Source of the DNA: Waterburya sp.
GTDB taxonomy: Bacteria > Cyanobacteriota > Cyanobacteriia > Cyanobacteriales > Xenococcaceae
Assembly (NCBI GenBank): GCA_965217895.1
Contig: CBDCJV010000002.1
Location: 2,816,001-2,880,000 of the forward strand
Reading direction: 5' to 3'
Length of the DNA: 64,000 nt
The notes below the pieces were generated by a model that saw only the letters and a program-made list of their open reading frames with translations, was not told where the DNA came from and ran no database searches. A program made the translations under genes and the position numbers. Each line of letters begins with the position of its first letter. Position 1 is the first letter of the stretch. Shown piece by piece: positions 41,926-53,461 of the stretch.

Positions 41926-43377
41926 GTGAGTGTTAGAGTAAGGATTGCTCCTTCACCAACAGGTAATTTACATATTGGCACAGCGCGGACAGCAGTGTTT
42001 AATTGGCTGTTTGCCCATCGTCATCAAGGTGTATTTGTTTTACGGGTAGAAGATACAGATGCAGCGCGATCGCGCCCTGAATATACGGAAAATATTAAAT
42101 CAGGATTAGAATGGCTAGGCTTAAATTGGGATGAAGGACCATTTTTCCAAACCCAACGTTTGGATCAGTATCAACAAGCAGTACAGACTTTACTAGATAA
42201 AGGTTTAGCCTATCCTTGCTACTGTAGCCCTGAAGAATTAGACGAAATACGCGAAACTCAACAAGCCAAGGGACAAGCCCCTGGTTATGATAATCGTCAC
42301 CGCAACCTAACCTCTGAAGCAAAGCAGGCATTTGAGGCAGAAGGACGCAAGCCTGTGATTCGTTTCAAAATAGACGGCGAGCGCACTATTGCCTGGAAAG
42401 ATGTGATTAGAGATACCGTTACTTGGCAGGGTAGCGATTTGGGAGGCGATATGGTAATTGCCCGCACAGCAGAGAATGACGAGCCTTATGGACAGGCTTT
42501 GTATAATCTGGCAGTAGTGGTCGATGATATAGATATGAACATCTCCCACGTTATTCGGGGAGAAGATCATATTGCCAACACCGCCAAACAAATTTTGCTT
42601 TATGAAGCATTGGCTGGAGAAATTCCGATCTTTGCCCATACTCCTTTGATTCTCAATGAAGAAGGACGCAAGCTGTCTAAACGTGATGGCGTAACTTCAA
42701 TTGATGATTTTCGGAAAATGGGCTTTTTGCCCGAAGCATTGGTTAACTACATGACTTTATTGGGGTGGACTTTCCCCGACTCTACTCAAGAGATTTTTAC
42801 TTTAGAAGAAGCAGCCAAAGAATTTGATTTAGAGCGAGTTAACAAGGCAGGAGCAAAGTTTGACTGGGATAAATTAGATTGGCTCAATAGTCAGTATCTT
42901 CATCAAATGCCTGCTGACAAGTTAACTGATTTGCTGATTCCCTATTGGCAAGAAGAAGGATATGCTGTAGATAAAATGGATCGGGGTTGGTTAGAAAAGC
43001 TGACGGCATTAACTGCACCCACTCTTAATCGTTTAACTGATGTAATTAAAGAAACCAGCGTCTTTTTTGTTGACTCAGTTGAATATACTACTGAAGCAAT
43101 GGATCTACTCCAGCAAGAAGGGGTGACAGCAGTACTTAGTGAAATTGTCTCAGGAGTAAGCAACACTGACAGTATGACCGAAGATGATGCTCAAGCTTTA
43201 ATCAAGCAAGTTACCAAAAGCCAAAAAGTCAAAAAAGGCTTAGTAATGCGATCGCTACGGGCAAGTTTAACAGGCGAATTACATGGTCCAGATCTCACTC
43301 AAACTTGGTTACTACTCAATCAATTAGGGGTAGACAAAACCCGACTCCAACAAACCTTAGCTAAGATTGCAGGTTAA
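41926..43377 (+). CDS. gltX: Glutamate--tRNA ligase
   Basis: APSPTG, HIGT, KLSKR. Confidence 0.97.
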   Translation: MSVRVRIAPSPTGNLHIGTARTAVFNWLFAHRHQGVFVLRVEDTDAARSRPEYTENIKSGLEWLGLNWDEGPFFQTQRLDQYQQAVQTLLDKGLAYPCYCSPEELDEIRETQQAKGQAPGYDNRHRNLTSEAKQAFEAEGRKPVIRFKIDGERTIAWKDVIRDTVTWQGSDLGGDMVIARTAENDEPYGQALYNLAVVVDDIDMNISHVIRGEDHIANTAKQILLYEALAGEIPIFAHTPLILNEEGRKLSKRDGVTSIDDFRKMGFLPEALVNYMTLLGWTFPDSTQEIFTLEEAAKEFDLERVNKAGAKFDWDKLDWLNSQYLHQMPADKLTDLLIPYWQEEGYAVDKMDRGWLEKLTALTAPTLNRLTDVIKETSVFFVDSVEYTTEAMDLLQQEGVTAVLSEIVSGVSNTDSMTEDDAQALIKQVTKSQKVKKGLVMRSLRASLTGELHGPDLTQTWLLLNQLGVDKTRLQQTLAKIAG

Positions 43378-43394
43378 GAACTAGTTGACCAACG

Positions 43395-43437
43395 GTTAGA
43401 GATTATTCCGTTATGCAGTGGCGGAATAATCTCTAAC
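43395..43437 (+). terminator. Hairpin after gltX
   Basis: GTTAGAGATTATTCCG...CGGAATAATCTCTAAC 16-bp stem. Confidence 0.6.
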
Positions 43438-43602
43438 TAAAAAAAAGCTTTCTGTAGAGATTTCCAACTGAAATTTTGACAAGCAATTAAACTATAAATT
43501 TTGTAATTTAATGTAATCTAATTTACCAACGTGCAACCAATACTTATATCAATAGATTATTATTGTACAGTATCAATATAAACAAAAGCTATAAATGCTG
43601 TT

Positions 43603-44836
43603 GTGAAAGCTACTGGTTCAACTATCGAAGTTTTATTAATAGATAACGATCGCTTTGACGATCGGCAGGTAGAATCTGCCTTATCTCAAATAAAATCTTA
43701 TGATGTTAAGCTAGTTAAATTTTATAATTTAAGGGATGGAATCTATTTTTTAGACCTACATTGCCCAGACATTGTTTTATTAAAATTAAAAGCTCACAAA
43801 AGTCATGATGCAGAAGCTTTGAAAATAATCCAGGCGATTAAGAGTAGCAAAATTCCTGTAGTTACAGTTATTAAAAAGCAAGATCTGTAAGATAATTGAT
43901 AATCGACAGTTAACCTTAGCTTTTGATTCAGATTTATTAGATTCCAAATCTGATTATGCTGCTTGTGAAGTTGCGAAATTACCAATAAAAAAAGTAAAAC
44001 AATACTGGAAACATTTATTGTCAGGAAATATTATCGCTCTAGATGACTTTTCTTTAATAAAAATAATTAATAGTGATGACCCAGATTTAGGTAGTGTTAT
44101 TTGTTCTCAATTAATAGTACCGATTATTTCTCATCAGCAACTTTGGGGTTTATTTTGTATTGAACAAGAATCTATTCCTAGATATTGGCAGCCAACAGAA
44201 CTTGATTTTATCAAACGTATAGTAATACAGCTGGGTATTGCTATCAGACAATCAAAACTTTATCAAGAATTGGAACAAGTCAATCAGGGGTTAAAGCAAC
44301 TAGCCGTAATAGATTGCTTAACAGAAGTTGCCAATCGTCGTCGATTCGATCAATATTTAGCTGTTGAATGGAAGAGGCTGGCTAGAGAAAAAAATTGTTT
44401 GTCTCTCATCATGTGTGATGTCGATCACTTTAAACTTTACAATGATGCTTATGGACATCAAGCAGGGGATCTTTGCCTTTATAAAATTGCCCAAGCAATT
44501 AATAACACTGTTAAGCGTCCTGGGGACTTAGTAGCTCGTTATGGCGGAGAGGAGTTTGCTGTTATTTTACCCAATACCGATCTAAAAGGGGCAAAGCACG
44601 TAGCCCAGGAGATATTTGACCACATAGAGACTCTTAAAATTCCTCATATCAATTCCCCCGTAAATCTCTATGTAACAATATCTGTGGGAATGGTAAGCAG
44701 TAAGCCCAGCAAAAAATATGAATCCGAGGATTTGATTGCTGCTGCCGACCAAAATTTGTATAAGGCCAAAGAATTGGGACGCAATCAAGCTGTAGAATCT
44801 AAGCTTGACAATGAACAATTATCAATGAGCAATTAA
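43603..44836 (+). pseudogene. Receiver-GAF-GGDEF diguanylate cyclase split by a deletion/frameshift near 43880
   Basis: Truncated REC (43603-43890); second frame open from 43862 with partial GAF (LWGLFC, RYW) and an intact GGEEF domain. Confidence 0.65.
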
Positions 44837-44916
44837 TAATAAAGAAAGTTAATATTACTGATTTCTGTACGGGCGAACGATCATTCGTCCCTAACTGACC
44901 TTTAACTTGACTAAAA

Positions 44917-46020
44917 ATGTCTACTGGATATACTTTACCTGTTTTTGCCTGTGCTAGCGCGATCGCAGCTTTACGCCATCTCCATCAACAATCACCGCAA
45001 GCTACGGTCAAAGTAAATTTAATTAAACCAGCCCAAATAGTAGATATAGCCATTGAACAGGTGGCAAAAGTTGATCAATATACAGCGATCGCCATTAGCC
45101 GCAGCGATCCTGGAGATCACCTGGATTTAACTCGTAATACCCCTATCTGGGCAAAGGTGAGCTTGAATAATTCTGATTCAGAGCAAATCACCATCAAAGG
45201 AGGTGAAGGTATTGGTCGTTATGGTGAGAATCAAGCAGCAATTTATAGTTATGCCCAAGAATTAATTATAGAAAATCTCAAACCCTTGCTTCAAAGTAAT
45301 GAAAGCATTGAAATAACTATTATTATGCCCGAAGGACAAAGATTAGCTAAACGCACATCTAATGAAGCCTTTGGAGTAGTAGCAGGATTATCTTTGTTAG
45401 GGACAACAGGAATTGTTCAGCCATTAATAGCCCCTAGTCAGCTAGAAGAATATCAGACTCAAATAAAAGAAAAGGCAGCTTTGTATGATTCTTTAGTCTT
45501 TTGTATTGGTGAAAACGGTATCGATCTGGCGCAAAGAGCGGGCATAGATCCCCAAAGAATTATCAAAACCGCCAACTGGCTGGGTTCAATGTTAGTTACC
45601 GCAGGCTTCGCAGAAGTAAAGTCAATTTTGCTATTTGGTTATCACGGTAAGCTGATCAAGTTAGCTGGAGGCATTTTTCACACCCATAATCATCTTGCCG
45701 ATGGCAGACTAGAGATCTTAACCGCTTATTGTGCCAAGCTGGGTTTACCTCAGGCTGAAGCGATTAAAATTCTTGACTGTTCTACCACCGAATCTGCTTT
45801 GAACCTGCTGCGGGAATTAGACTCAGGCAATGAACAAGATTTTAGCTGGAGCGATCTAGTTTATGAACAACTCACTCAGGCGATCGACCTAAAATCTCAG
45901 GCATATATTCGCAAGTATACTGAAAAGAAACTTTGCGTTGGCTCAGTATTATTCGATCGCCAGAGAAACATCATCAAAAAAAGCCAAAATGCTCTCCTTT
46001 TGCTGCCCAATCTATGTTAA
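44917..46020 (+). CDS. cbiD: Cobalt-precorrin-5B C1-methyltransferase
   Basis: GYTLPVFA, RTSNEAFG, LSLLGTTG, GYHGKLIKLA. Confidence 0.93.
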   Translation: MSTGYTLPVFACASAIAALRHLHQQSPQATVKVNLIKPAQIVDIAIEQVAKVDQYTAIAISRSDPGDHLDLTRNTPIWAKVSLNNSDSEQITIKGGEGIGRYGENQAAIYSYAQELIIENLKPLLQSNESIEITIIMPEGQRLAKRTSNEAFGVVAGLSLLGTTGIVQPLIAPSQLEEYQTQIKEKAALYDSLVFCIGENGIDLAQRAGIDPQRIIKTANWLGSMLVTAGFAEVKSILLFGYHGKLIKLAGGIFHTHNHLADGRLEILTAYCAKLGLPQAEAIKILDCSTTESALNLLRELDSGNEQDFSWSDLVYEQLTQAIDLKSQAYIRKYTEKKLCVGSVLFDRQRNIIKKSQNALLLLPNLC

Positions 46021-46177
46021 CCTGTTAAGAATATTTATAGCACTTTATATATAGAGCATGACCCTGTTGGATCGTAACTCTTCAGATACAAAAATGGCGT
46101 AAAAGCCGATAATTATTCACACTTTGTTACTTAATTACCTACATCACCATTACCTACACAGACTTTACTAGAGTATA

Positions 46178-47806
46178 GTGACTATCCAGACAGAATCAAT
46201 CTCCCCTAGCAATGAGACTTTATCTCCTAAGTCTCTGATAAATCAGACTAATCGCCAGAAAATAATCATTATAGATTTTGGTTCTCAATACTCTGAATTG
46301 ATTGCTCGTAGAATACGAGAAACTCAGGTGTATTCAGAAGTTTTATCTTATCGAACTACTGCCGATCAGCTTCGCGACATAAATCCTCAAGGAATCATTC
46401 TTTCTGGTGGCCCCAATTCTGTATACGACGATCATGCTCCTAAATGCGACTCCGAAATTTGGAATTTAGATATTCCTATTCTTGGTGTATGCTACGGAAT
46501 GCAGCTAATGGTAAAGCAACTGGGCGGTACGGTAGAAAAAGTTAAATTAGGCGAATATGGTAAAGCCCCACTGTTTATACAAGATCCTACAGACCTGCTA
46601 ACTAATGTTGAGTCAGGAGCTACCATGTGGATGAGTCATGGCGACTCCTGCATTAAGCTTCCAGAAGGGTTTTCCATTTTGGCATATACCAAGAATACTC
46701 CCTGTGCTGCAATTTCCAATCCTGAGAAAAAGCTTTTCGGCGTACAGTTTCACCCTGAAGTAGTGCATTCAAATGGTGGGATCGCTTTGATTCGTAATTT
46801 TGTTTACCATGTCTGCGAATGTGAACCAACCTGGACAACAGAAGCCTTTGTTGAGGAGTCGATTCGAGATATTCGGGCAAAAGTAGGTAATAAACGAGTT
46901 TTATTGGCTCTTTCTGGGGGAGTTGATTCTTCTACCTTGGCTTTTCTGCTTCATAGAGCCATTGGCGACCAGCTAACCTGTATGTTTATTGATCAGGGGT
47001 TCATGCGTAAAGGTGAACCAGAAAGGCTGGTAGAAATATTTAAAAATAAGTTTTTGATTCCTGTAGAATATGTGATGGCTCGCGATCGCTTTTTGAAACA
47101 GGTAGAGGGTGTAAGCGATCCCGAACTTAAGCGTCGTCGTATTGGACATGAGTTTATCAAAGTTTTTGAGGAAGAGTCAAAAAAATTAGGACCTTTTGAT
47201 TATTTGGCACAGGGAACTCTTTATCCTGATGTGATTGAGTCGGCTGATACTAACGTTGACCCTAAAACAGGGGAAAGAGTAGCAGTTAAAATTAAAAGCC
47301 ATCATAATGTCGGTGGTTTACCCAAGGATCTGCGCTTTAAATTAGTTGAACCTTTACGCAAGCTATTTAAAGACGAGGTGCGTAATGTTGCCCGTGCTAT
47401 TGGTCTGCCAGAAGAAATTGTGCATCGTCATCCCTTTCCAGGACCAGGTTTAGCAATTCGGATTGTCGGAGAAGTTACCGCCCAAAGATTAAATATTTTG
47501 CGGGATGCTGATTTTATTGTTCGCGATGAAATTAGTAAACAGGGTATGTACCATGACTACTGGCAAGCCTTTGCGGTGCTATTGCCAATTCGCAGCGTGG
47601 GAGTAATGGGAGATAAACGCACCTATGCTCATCCAATTGTGCTGCGCTTTATTACCAGTGAAGACGGCATGACCGCAGATTGGTCAAGAGTGCCTTATGA
47701 TTTATTAGAAACTATTTCTAATCGAATTGTTAACGAGGTAAAAGGAGTAAATCGCGTGGTTTACGATATTACCTCCAAACCTCCAGGGACAATTGAGTGG
47801 GAATAG
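46178..47806 (+). CDS. guaA: GMP synthase
   Basis: [26 protein letters not shown]. Confidence 0.98.
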   Translation: MTIQTESISPSNETLSPKSLINQTNRQKIIIIDFGSQYSELIARRIRETQVYSEVLSYRTTADQLRDINPQGIILSGGPNSVYDDHAPKCDSEIWNLDIPILGVCYGMQLMVKQLGGTVEKVKLGEYGKAPLFIQDPTDLLTNVESGATMWMSHGDSCIKLPEGFSILAYTKNTPCAAISNPEKKLFGVQFHPEVVHSNGGIALIRNFVYHVCECEPTWTTEAFVEESIRDIRAKVGNKRVLLALSGGVDSSTLAFLLHRAIGDQLTCMFIDQGFMRKGEPERLVEIFKNKFLIPVEYVMARDRFLKQVEGVSDPELKRRRIGHEFIKVFEEESKKLGPFDYLAQGTLYPDVIESADTNVDPKTGERVAVKIKSHHNVGGLPKDLRFKLVEPLRKLFKDEVRNVARAIGLPEEIVHRHPFPGPGLAIRIVGEVTAQRLNILRDADFIVRDEISKQGMYHDYWQAFAVLLPIRSVGVMGDKRTYAHPIVLRFITSEDGMTADWSRVPYDLLETISNRIVNEVKGVNRVVYDITSKPPGTIEWE

Positions 47807-47847
47807 ATTTTGAGGGATGAGAGACAAAAGCGCATTTTCGCATATAT

Positions 47848-48027
47848 AGCAATAAGTTTAGCCACGATCAAATTAACCGTTTCCTTAAAGGAGAAAAAAT
47901 CACACCGAGACTAATTTGGAATAATATCAAATCACAACTAGTAACTACTGAGTTGGGATACCTCATATTTGATGATACGGTACTAAACAAAAATTTCTTA
48001 TTCAAAATAGAGCTAGTCAGAAGACAA
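47848..48027 (+). pseudogene. IS701-family transposase fragment
   Basis: FSHDQINRFLKGEKITPRLIW...GYLIFDDTVLNK...IELVRRQ. Confidence 0.75.
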
Positions 48028-48049
48028 CAAGCGTGATAACGCCAAGAAA

Positions 48050-48089
48050 TTAACTCTTCACCGACCCTTTTAGGACGGTGAAGAGTTAA
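48050..48089. repeat. 14-bp-arm hairpin resembling an IS605/TnpB right end
   Basis: TTAACTCTTCACCG...CGGTGAAGAGTTAA. Confidence 0.5.
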
Positions 48090-48210
48090 CAACTCAAAAA
48101 TCCTTCACTGAAAATACTTCTTGCGTAAGTCCTATTAGTATGAAATGGTAGGTTCTATCTATAATTTAAGTGAGTTAATTCGTTAAATTCGGGTATTGGT
48201 TTCAACGAAA

Positions 48211-48732
48211 TTAGATTTGATAGCGATAGATAATAAAAGGAATTCTGCCTCTTCCTTGTCTGAGAATTGAAGTAATACTATTTGGATAAGTACCAAATTG
48301 AAATACCTGCTCTCTAAGTGCCTCACGGACTATCGAAGTAGGAGGAACTTTGTAACGTCTTATATATGCTGTATAGTCTGTACCTATTTCGTTACCACCA
48401 TAGTAAGAGCTATCGGCAAAGCTTGACTTAATGGAAAGATTGTTTTCTCCCAAAATATATACATTATCATCTACTGAAAGCTTTGATTCTAATGGTTTGG
48501 AGTCGATATTAATATTATTATTGTTAATAATATTCTGACCCTCATTGGTAACAGGTTCTGTCTTAGGCGATTGCTTCTGACTAGCATTGCAGATATCAGT
48601 TAAATCTTTCAGTTGTCCAGAATTGTCGATTAGGTAACATTTAGGGCGTTCTTGCGCGACAGCTATTGATGCCAACCCACCGATCGAACCTAGGCTAGTT
48701 AAAAATATTGTTAGTAGAAATTTATAAGTCAT
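48211..48732 (-). CDS. Secreted hypothetical protein
   Basis: Signal peptide, then CYLIDNSGQLKDLTDIC motif. Confidence 0.6.
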   Translation of the reverse strand: MTYKFLLTIFLTSLGSIGGLASIAVAQERPKCYLIDNSGQLKDLTDICNASQKQSPKTEPVTNEGQNIINNNNINIDSKPLESKLSVDDNVYILGENNLSIKSSFADSSYYGGNEIGTDYTAYIRRYKVPPTSIVREALREQVFQFGTYPNSITSILRQGRGRIPFIIYRYQI

Positions 48733-48854
48733 ATTTTTTGCTCATTATTATAAACAACAACAGTATATTTACTGATATCTTTATTGTTGCTTAAAAGTGG
48801 AGCATTGTACTACTAATTAAAGAAATTTATATTGCCAACAGTGAACCAAATAAA

Positions 48855-49373
48855 GTCGCGATCGCCATCAAGCTTGATTCTCCAGGTTCAATATTTTTTA
48901 GTCAAACTCGTTGCGGTTGGCTAGGAGGAAAATTCGAGATCTGGAAGTTTCGCTCGATGTGTGCTGATGCCGAAGCGATGAAATCAAAAGTTCCCAATCA
49001 AGTCCAGGGAGCTTTTTTTAAAAATGATTTAGATCCTAGAATTACCAAGGTAGGTAGATTTCTGCGCCGTACTAGCCTAGATGAATTGCCTCAATTTTGG
49101 AATGTGTTAAAGGGAGATATGAGTTTAGTTGGAACTCGTCCTCCAACCCCAGAAGAAGCGGATAAATATCAAATTTCTGCCTGGCAAAGACTAAATGTTA
49201 AACCAGGAATGACGGGAGAATGGCAAGTTAACGGGCGATCGCAGATTCGTAATTTTGAAGACGTAATTAGATTGGACTTGATCTATCAAAAGAATTGGAA
49301 TTTGCTGTACGATCTCAAATTAATTTTGAAGACAATTATGGTAGTTTTTCATCGAAACAATGGAGCAATGTAG
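48855..49373 (+). pseudogene. Phosphoglycosyl (sugar) transferase, 5'-truncated
   Basis: AIAIKLDSPG..KFRSM..DPRIT..SLDELPQ..KPGMTG; TM segment and start absent. Confidence 0.75.
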
Positions 49374-49408
49374 CCATAGATTTTTTTGAATAGATAATTT
49401 TTAAAAGC

Positions 49409-50281
49409 CTAAAAGTACTTTTTGGTAAGCAAAGCCAATTTTTCTTTAGTTGCAGCAGGTATCTGATCGCGAGGAGTTAAGATGGCATATTTTAAAGCTG
49501 AATGAGCCATTGATTCTGGCGGTTTAGCGTTCAATTTTTTGACTATTTCTTTAATTACTAATTGAGCGTTAATCGCATTTTTCTGTAAATTATCAATAAT
49601 CATTTCCACCGTAACGCTGTCATGATCGTTATGCCAGCAGTCGTAATCTGTAACTAAAGCAAGAGTAGCATAGGCAATTTCTGCTTCTCTGGCTAACTTA
49701 GCTTCAGTCAAATTGGTCATGCCAATCACGGTTGCTCCCCAACTGCGATATAAATTAGATTCGGCTTTGGTAGAAAATGCAGGGCCTTCCATACAAACAT
49801 AAGTGCCACCGCGATGCAGATTGGACTCAGATAAATCTAAAGACTCCACAGCATCAGCCAAGACACTAGCCAGATTAGGGCAAACAGGATCGCCAAAAGC
49901 AATGTGAGCTACTAAACCTTCGCCAAAAAAAGTCGATTCGCGATTCTTGGTGCGATCGATAAACTGATCGGGTATTACCATATCTAAGGGTTTAGCTTCT
50001 TCTTTTAATGAGCCAACGGCAGAAGCCGAAATAATATATTCCACTCCCAGTTGTTTCATAGCATGAATATTGGCACGAAAAGGTAGCTCTGAGGGAAGCA
50101 GATGATGACCACGCCCATGACGAGCTAAAAAAGCTACTGTTGCGCCTTCTAAGTCACCAACTATCAAGACATCAGAAGGATCTCCAAAAGGAGTAGATAA
50201 TTTTATCTCGTGAACATCTTTTAGAGCGTCCATTTTATACAAACCACTACCGCCAATGATGCCGATCTTCGCTTTTACCAT
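49409..50281 (-). CDS. mtnP: S-methyl-5'-thioadenosine phosphorylase
   Basis: GIIGGSG, ARHG, EGPAFST, GMT, TDYD. Confidence 0.95.
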   Translation of the reverse strand: MVKAKIGIIGGSGLYKMDALKDVHEIKLSTPFGDPSDVLIVGDLEGATVAFLARHGRGHHLLPSELPFRANIHAMKQLGVEYIISASAVGSLKEEAKPLDMVIPDQFIDRTKNRESTFFGEGLVAHIAFGDPVCPNLASVLADAVESLDLSESNLHRGGTYVCMEGPAFSTKAESNLYRSWGATVIGMTNLTEAKLAREAEIAYATLALVTDYDCWHNDHDSVTVEMIIDNLQKNAINAQLVIKEIVKKLNAKPPESMAHSALKYAILTPRDQIPAATKEKLALLTKKYF

Positions 50282-50427
50282 AAAAATTAAGCCTGCCGTA
50301 TTATATCTAGTCGAACTTGATTATTTTAGCGATTTAAGCAAACATCTATTAATATTTTTAATTGTTGATTTAAAGCGATCGCATCTCAAATCGGTGGGCA
50401 AACTCTAGAAATTAGATAGTACTATTC

Positions 50428-50840
50428 GGCGTTGGTGATTTTATGTATGACGTACAAGCAAGACTTGCCCTTGCGAGACAGCGCGTTGTGGGTCACAGAC
50501 CCACAACGCGCTGTCGAGGGCGCGCCGTTAGGCGCAAGACATTAGAAGATAAAGACTCTGGACTTTGGCGTATCCTAATCCAGTCTTTTGCTGCTTCATC
50601 AACAACCTTAGTTCTTCTACTGATTCTCTAACTTCTATTTGTTGAAAGCTCCTACGCAGGTGAGGCGGAAACGGAGAGGTTTCCACGCGAAGCGCGTTCC
50701 ACGCCGTAGTCAATTAAATAGCTTAGAGCTTTTGGATAAATGCTTTCTAGTGTTTTGTTAGGACTCAGTATTAACCCTGTGATAAAGCGATGAAGTGTGG
50801 TCTTGGGGGTTTCCCCCATGAACAACTTCATCAAGACAGC
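50428..50840. mobile_element. Decayed IS630-like fragment riddled with small hairpin repeats
   Basis: Minus-strand QIEVRESVEELRLLMKQQKTGLGYAKVQSLYLL; TIR-like GGCGTTGGTGATTT; several GC-rich hairpins. Confidence 0.6.
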
Positions 50841-51078
50841 GACTGACTATTTCAAACCCTTTTTTGCGCTTAAATAGCTCTCTATATTGCTCTGGATACT
50901 CAGCTATTGATTTCGGAACTCCTACCAAGCAAATCATCGCTCAAATTGATTTTTAGGATTTCATTTTTTACCTTACTTTCTTTTTGCTTTTTTTTCTTCG
51001 TAAAATTGCCAAGTCGTGAAAAAATCGTATCGTGATGTGAAGCAACTGCTTTCTTGACTTTAGGTTTGCAACCGTAAT

Positions 51079-52299
51079 CTAATTTTCTAATACTTCTAAT
51101 ACCGCTTTTGACTGTAGCTTATTTTTAAACCAGATTAACCTATTTGGTAAATCAGTAAACTTAACTCCTGCCTTTTCTAAATTTAATCTTTCAGAAACAG
51201 CAAGAATTAGGTTTTCAGTGTCACCACTACGCACCTGATAAAATTTTTTCTGTAGATATTCTGGTTTCCAGTAACCAACAATTTCTAAAAGAAATTCTCT
51301 GCCGTCTGGATGAGTTAGACGAAAGTCAGGGATCATTACGCTGCCTGGAAGAGGAATTAAATCGACCTCTCTTTCTAATCGCCATTCAGTTTTTGTTTTC
51401 GCCCAACTTTTAGCAAAAGAAGCCTCCAGCATACTATCATATTGTTTTCCTGGGGGATAGTGAGAAATTAAATTACAACGATCGCTCGCTAAATTAAACT
51501 TACCTGTTTTAACACTCCCAGAATATTGATCGCGATTTTGTAGTTTAGCCTGGAGACTCCATTTTGTTACATGAAGCAAAGCAGGAATCATTTTTGCCAG
51601 AGCCAAACCATATCTGGTGCTTGCTTTAAAAAGACTAGCGGGTCCATCCATGGTTAAAGTAAATCCCGTATCAGCATCTCCTTCTATGTATGCCATTAAC
51701 TGAAATAATTTGATGTAGCGAAACAGTAATTTGTATTCTCCAGGATCATTGCGGTGAGCATTGATAACAACATTGCTGGCATGGTAAAAAATGCCCTGTA
51801 CTTGAGAAAGATTGTAACGATGAAGCAATGACTCAGGAATTGGTGCTTCAAACTGAGTAAGTAGACGATTTTCTTGAAGGTCTGCGTATAATCCTGCTTC
51901 AATTTCAGCGCGAGATACAGCATATTTCAATTCATTAGATAGACAGAGGGAAATTGCTTCTAAAGTATCGCTACGATTATTAGGTATAGTTGCTGTTTTA
52001 GCTGCTTGTGAGAAAACTCTTTGCCGAAGCATTGTTGGCTCAAGAGGACTGATAATTTCAAAAGTAGAAAATGTATTACGTAATATATGAGCTAGACCTC
52101 TTATCAATCGATAATTAGGGCTGTTGCCTTCTAGGTCTAAAAGTCGCCGATCTAAATCTCCTTGAGTTTTACCTATGTAATCTTGAAAACAACTGATTAT
52201 ATCTTCTGCTATGCCTAAATTATGACCATTAATTTCTAACTTCTTAGGTATGATTGTTTCGCCACTACGTCTATAGATAAGTAAGTCGCTCTTTAACAT
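51079..52299 (-). CDS. DUF790 family (Bax1-like) endonuclease
   Basis: LYADL, RYN, DGP, YDS.LE, IPDF, EIVGYW. Confidence 0.85.
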   Translation of the reverse strand: MLKSDLLIYRRSGETIIPKKLEINGHNLGIAEDIISCFQDYIGKTQGDLDRRLLDLEGNSPNYRLIRGLAHILRNTFSTFEIISPLEPTMLRQRVFSQAAKTATIPNNRSDTLEAISLCLSNELKYAVSRAEIEAGLYADLQENRLLTQFEAPIPESLLHRYNLSQVQGIFYHASNVVINAHRNDPGEYKLLFRYIKLFQLMAYIEGDADTGFTLTMDGPASLFKASTRYGLALAKMIPALLHVTKWSLQAKLQNRDQYSGSVKTGKFNLASDRCNLISHYPPGKQYDSMLEASFAKSWAKTKTEWRLEREVDLIPLPGSVMIPDFRLTHPDGREFLLEIVGYWKPEYLQKKFYQVRSGDTENLILAVSERLNLEKAGVKFTDLPNRLIWFKNKLQSKAVLEVLEN

Positions 52300-52523
52300 C
52301 AGAATTTCAATAAATCTCTCACGGGAAAGCTAAGACTATAGCTAATATCAATAGTAAATTGAATATGCTCAATTTTTTAGCTTTCAAATTTAAATATAAA
52401 AGTAATCATTATGTACATCTTGGTATAAAGAAAAAAAACAGGATCGGCGAAAGATATAATTATTAAAACAAGTTTAGCGATTTTACTCAATCTGGAGAAC
52501 GATTAATTTCTGCCTATCAATTT

Positions 52524-53291
52524 ATGTCACCATCCGACTTAGAAACCTCTGTCAAAGATCAAGAGAAAGAAAAATATTTAAATGAACTTCCAGATGAAGT
52601 AGAAATGTCGCTGTTCGATCATTTAGAAGAACTACGCTTGCGCATTTTCTATGCTCTGATTACAGTAGCGATCGCAGCTTTAGGCTGCTTTGTTTTTGTT
52701 AAACCTTTAGTGAGGATTTTGGAAGTTCCTGCTCAGGGTGTAAAATTCTTGCAGCTAGCCCCAGGAGAGTTTTTCTTTGTATCTATTAAGGTAGCTGGCT
52801 ATAGCGGGATGGTACTGGCAAGTCCGTTTATTCTTTATCAGATTGTCCAATTTGTCTTGCCAGGATTGACTAGGAAAGAACGTCGTCTACTCGCTCCTGT
52901 AATTTTTGGCTCTAGTATTTTGTTTTTTGCAGGTTTGTTTTTTGCCTATATTGCTTTAATTCCTGCTGCGCTTAATTTCTTTATTAACTATGGCGGCGAT
53001 GTAGTTGAACAATCTTGGTCGATTGATAAATATTTCGAGTTCGTATTACTTTTACTATTTAGTACGGGGTTAGCATTTCAAATTCCTGTAATTCAGTTAA
53101 TTTTGGGTTTTTTAGGCATTGTTTCGGCGGCGCAAATGTTTGCAGGTTGGCGTTATGTAGTGCTTGGCTCGGTAGTTATGGGAGCAGTTTTAACTCCTTC
53201 AACCGATCCTCTAACTCAATCTTTATTGGCTGGTGCAGTTCTAGGACTATATTTTGGCGGTATTGGTGCAGTTAAATTACTGGGAAAATAG
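52524..53291 (+). CDS. tatC: Twin-arginine translocase TatC
   Basis: [21 protein letters not shown]. Confidence 0.96.
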   Translation: MSPSDLETSVKDQEKEKYLNELPDEVEMSLFDHLEELRLRIFYALITVAIAALGCFVFVKPLVRILEVPAQGVKFLQLAPGEFFFVSIKVAGYSGMVLASPFILYQIVQFVLPGLTRKERRLLAPVIFGSSILFFAGLFFAYIALIPAALNFFINYGGDVVEQSWSIDKYFEFVLLLLFSTGLAFQIPVIQLILGFLGIVSAAQMFAGWRYVVLGSVVMGAVLTPSTDPLTQSLLAGAVLGLYFGGIGAVKLLGK

Positions 53292-53461
53292 CTTCTGACA
53301 TATTATCGCGATCGCTATATTGTTAGCTATAAGCTCGCTTGCCATTAGCTCTAAGCTTGGGTAAAATCCCCTCTTCTATTTCTTTGAGATGAAGAGTCTT
53401 CAATTAAAAGTAGTCCAAATCTACTTTTAATTGGCTTAAAGCTTAGAGCTTATAGCTCGGT

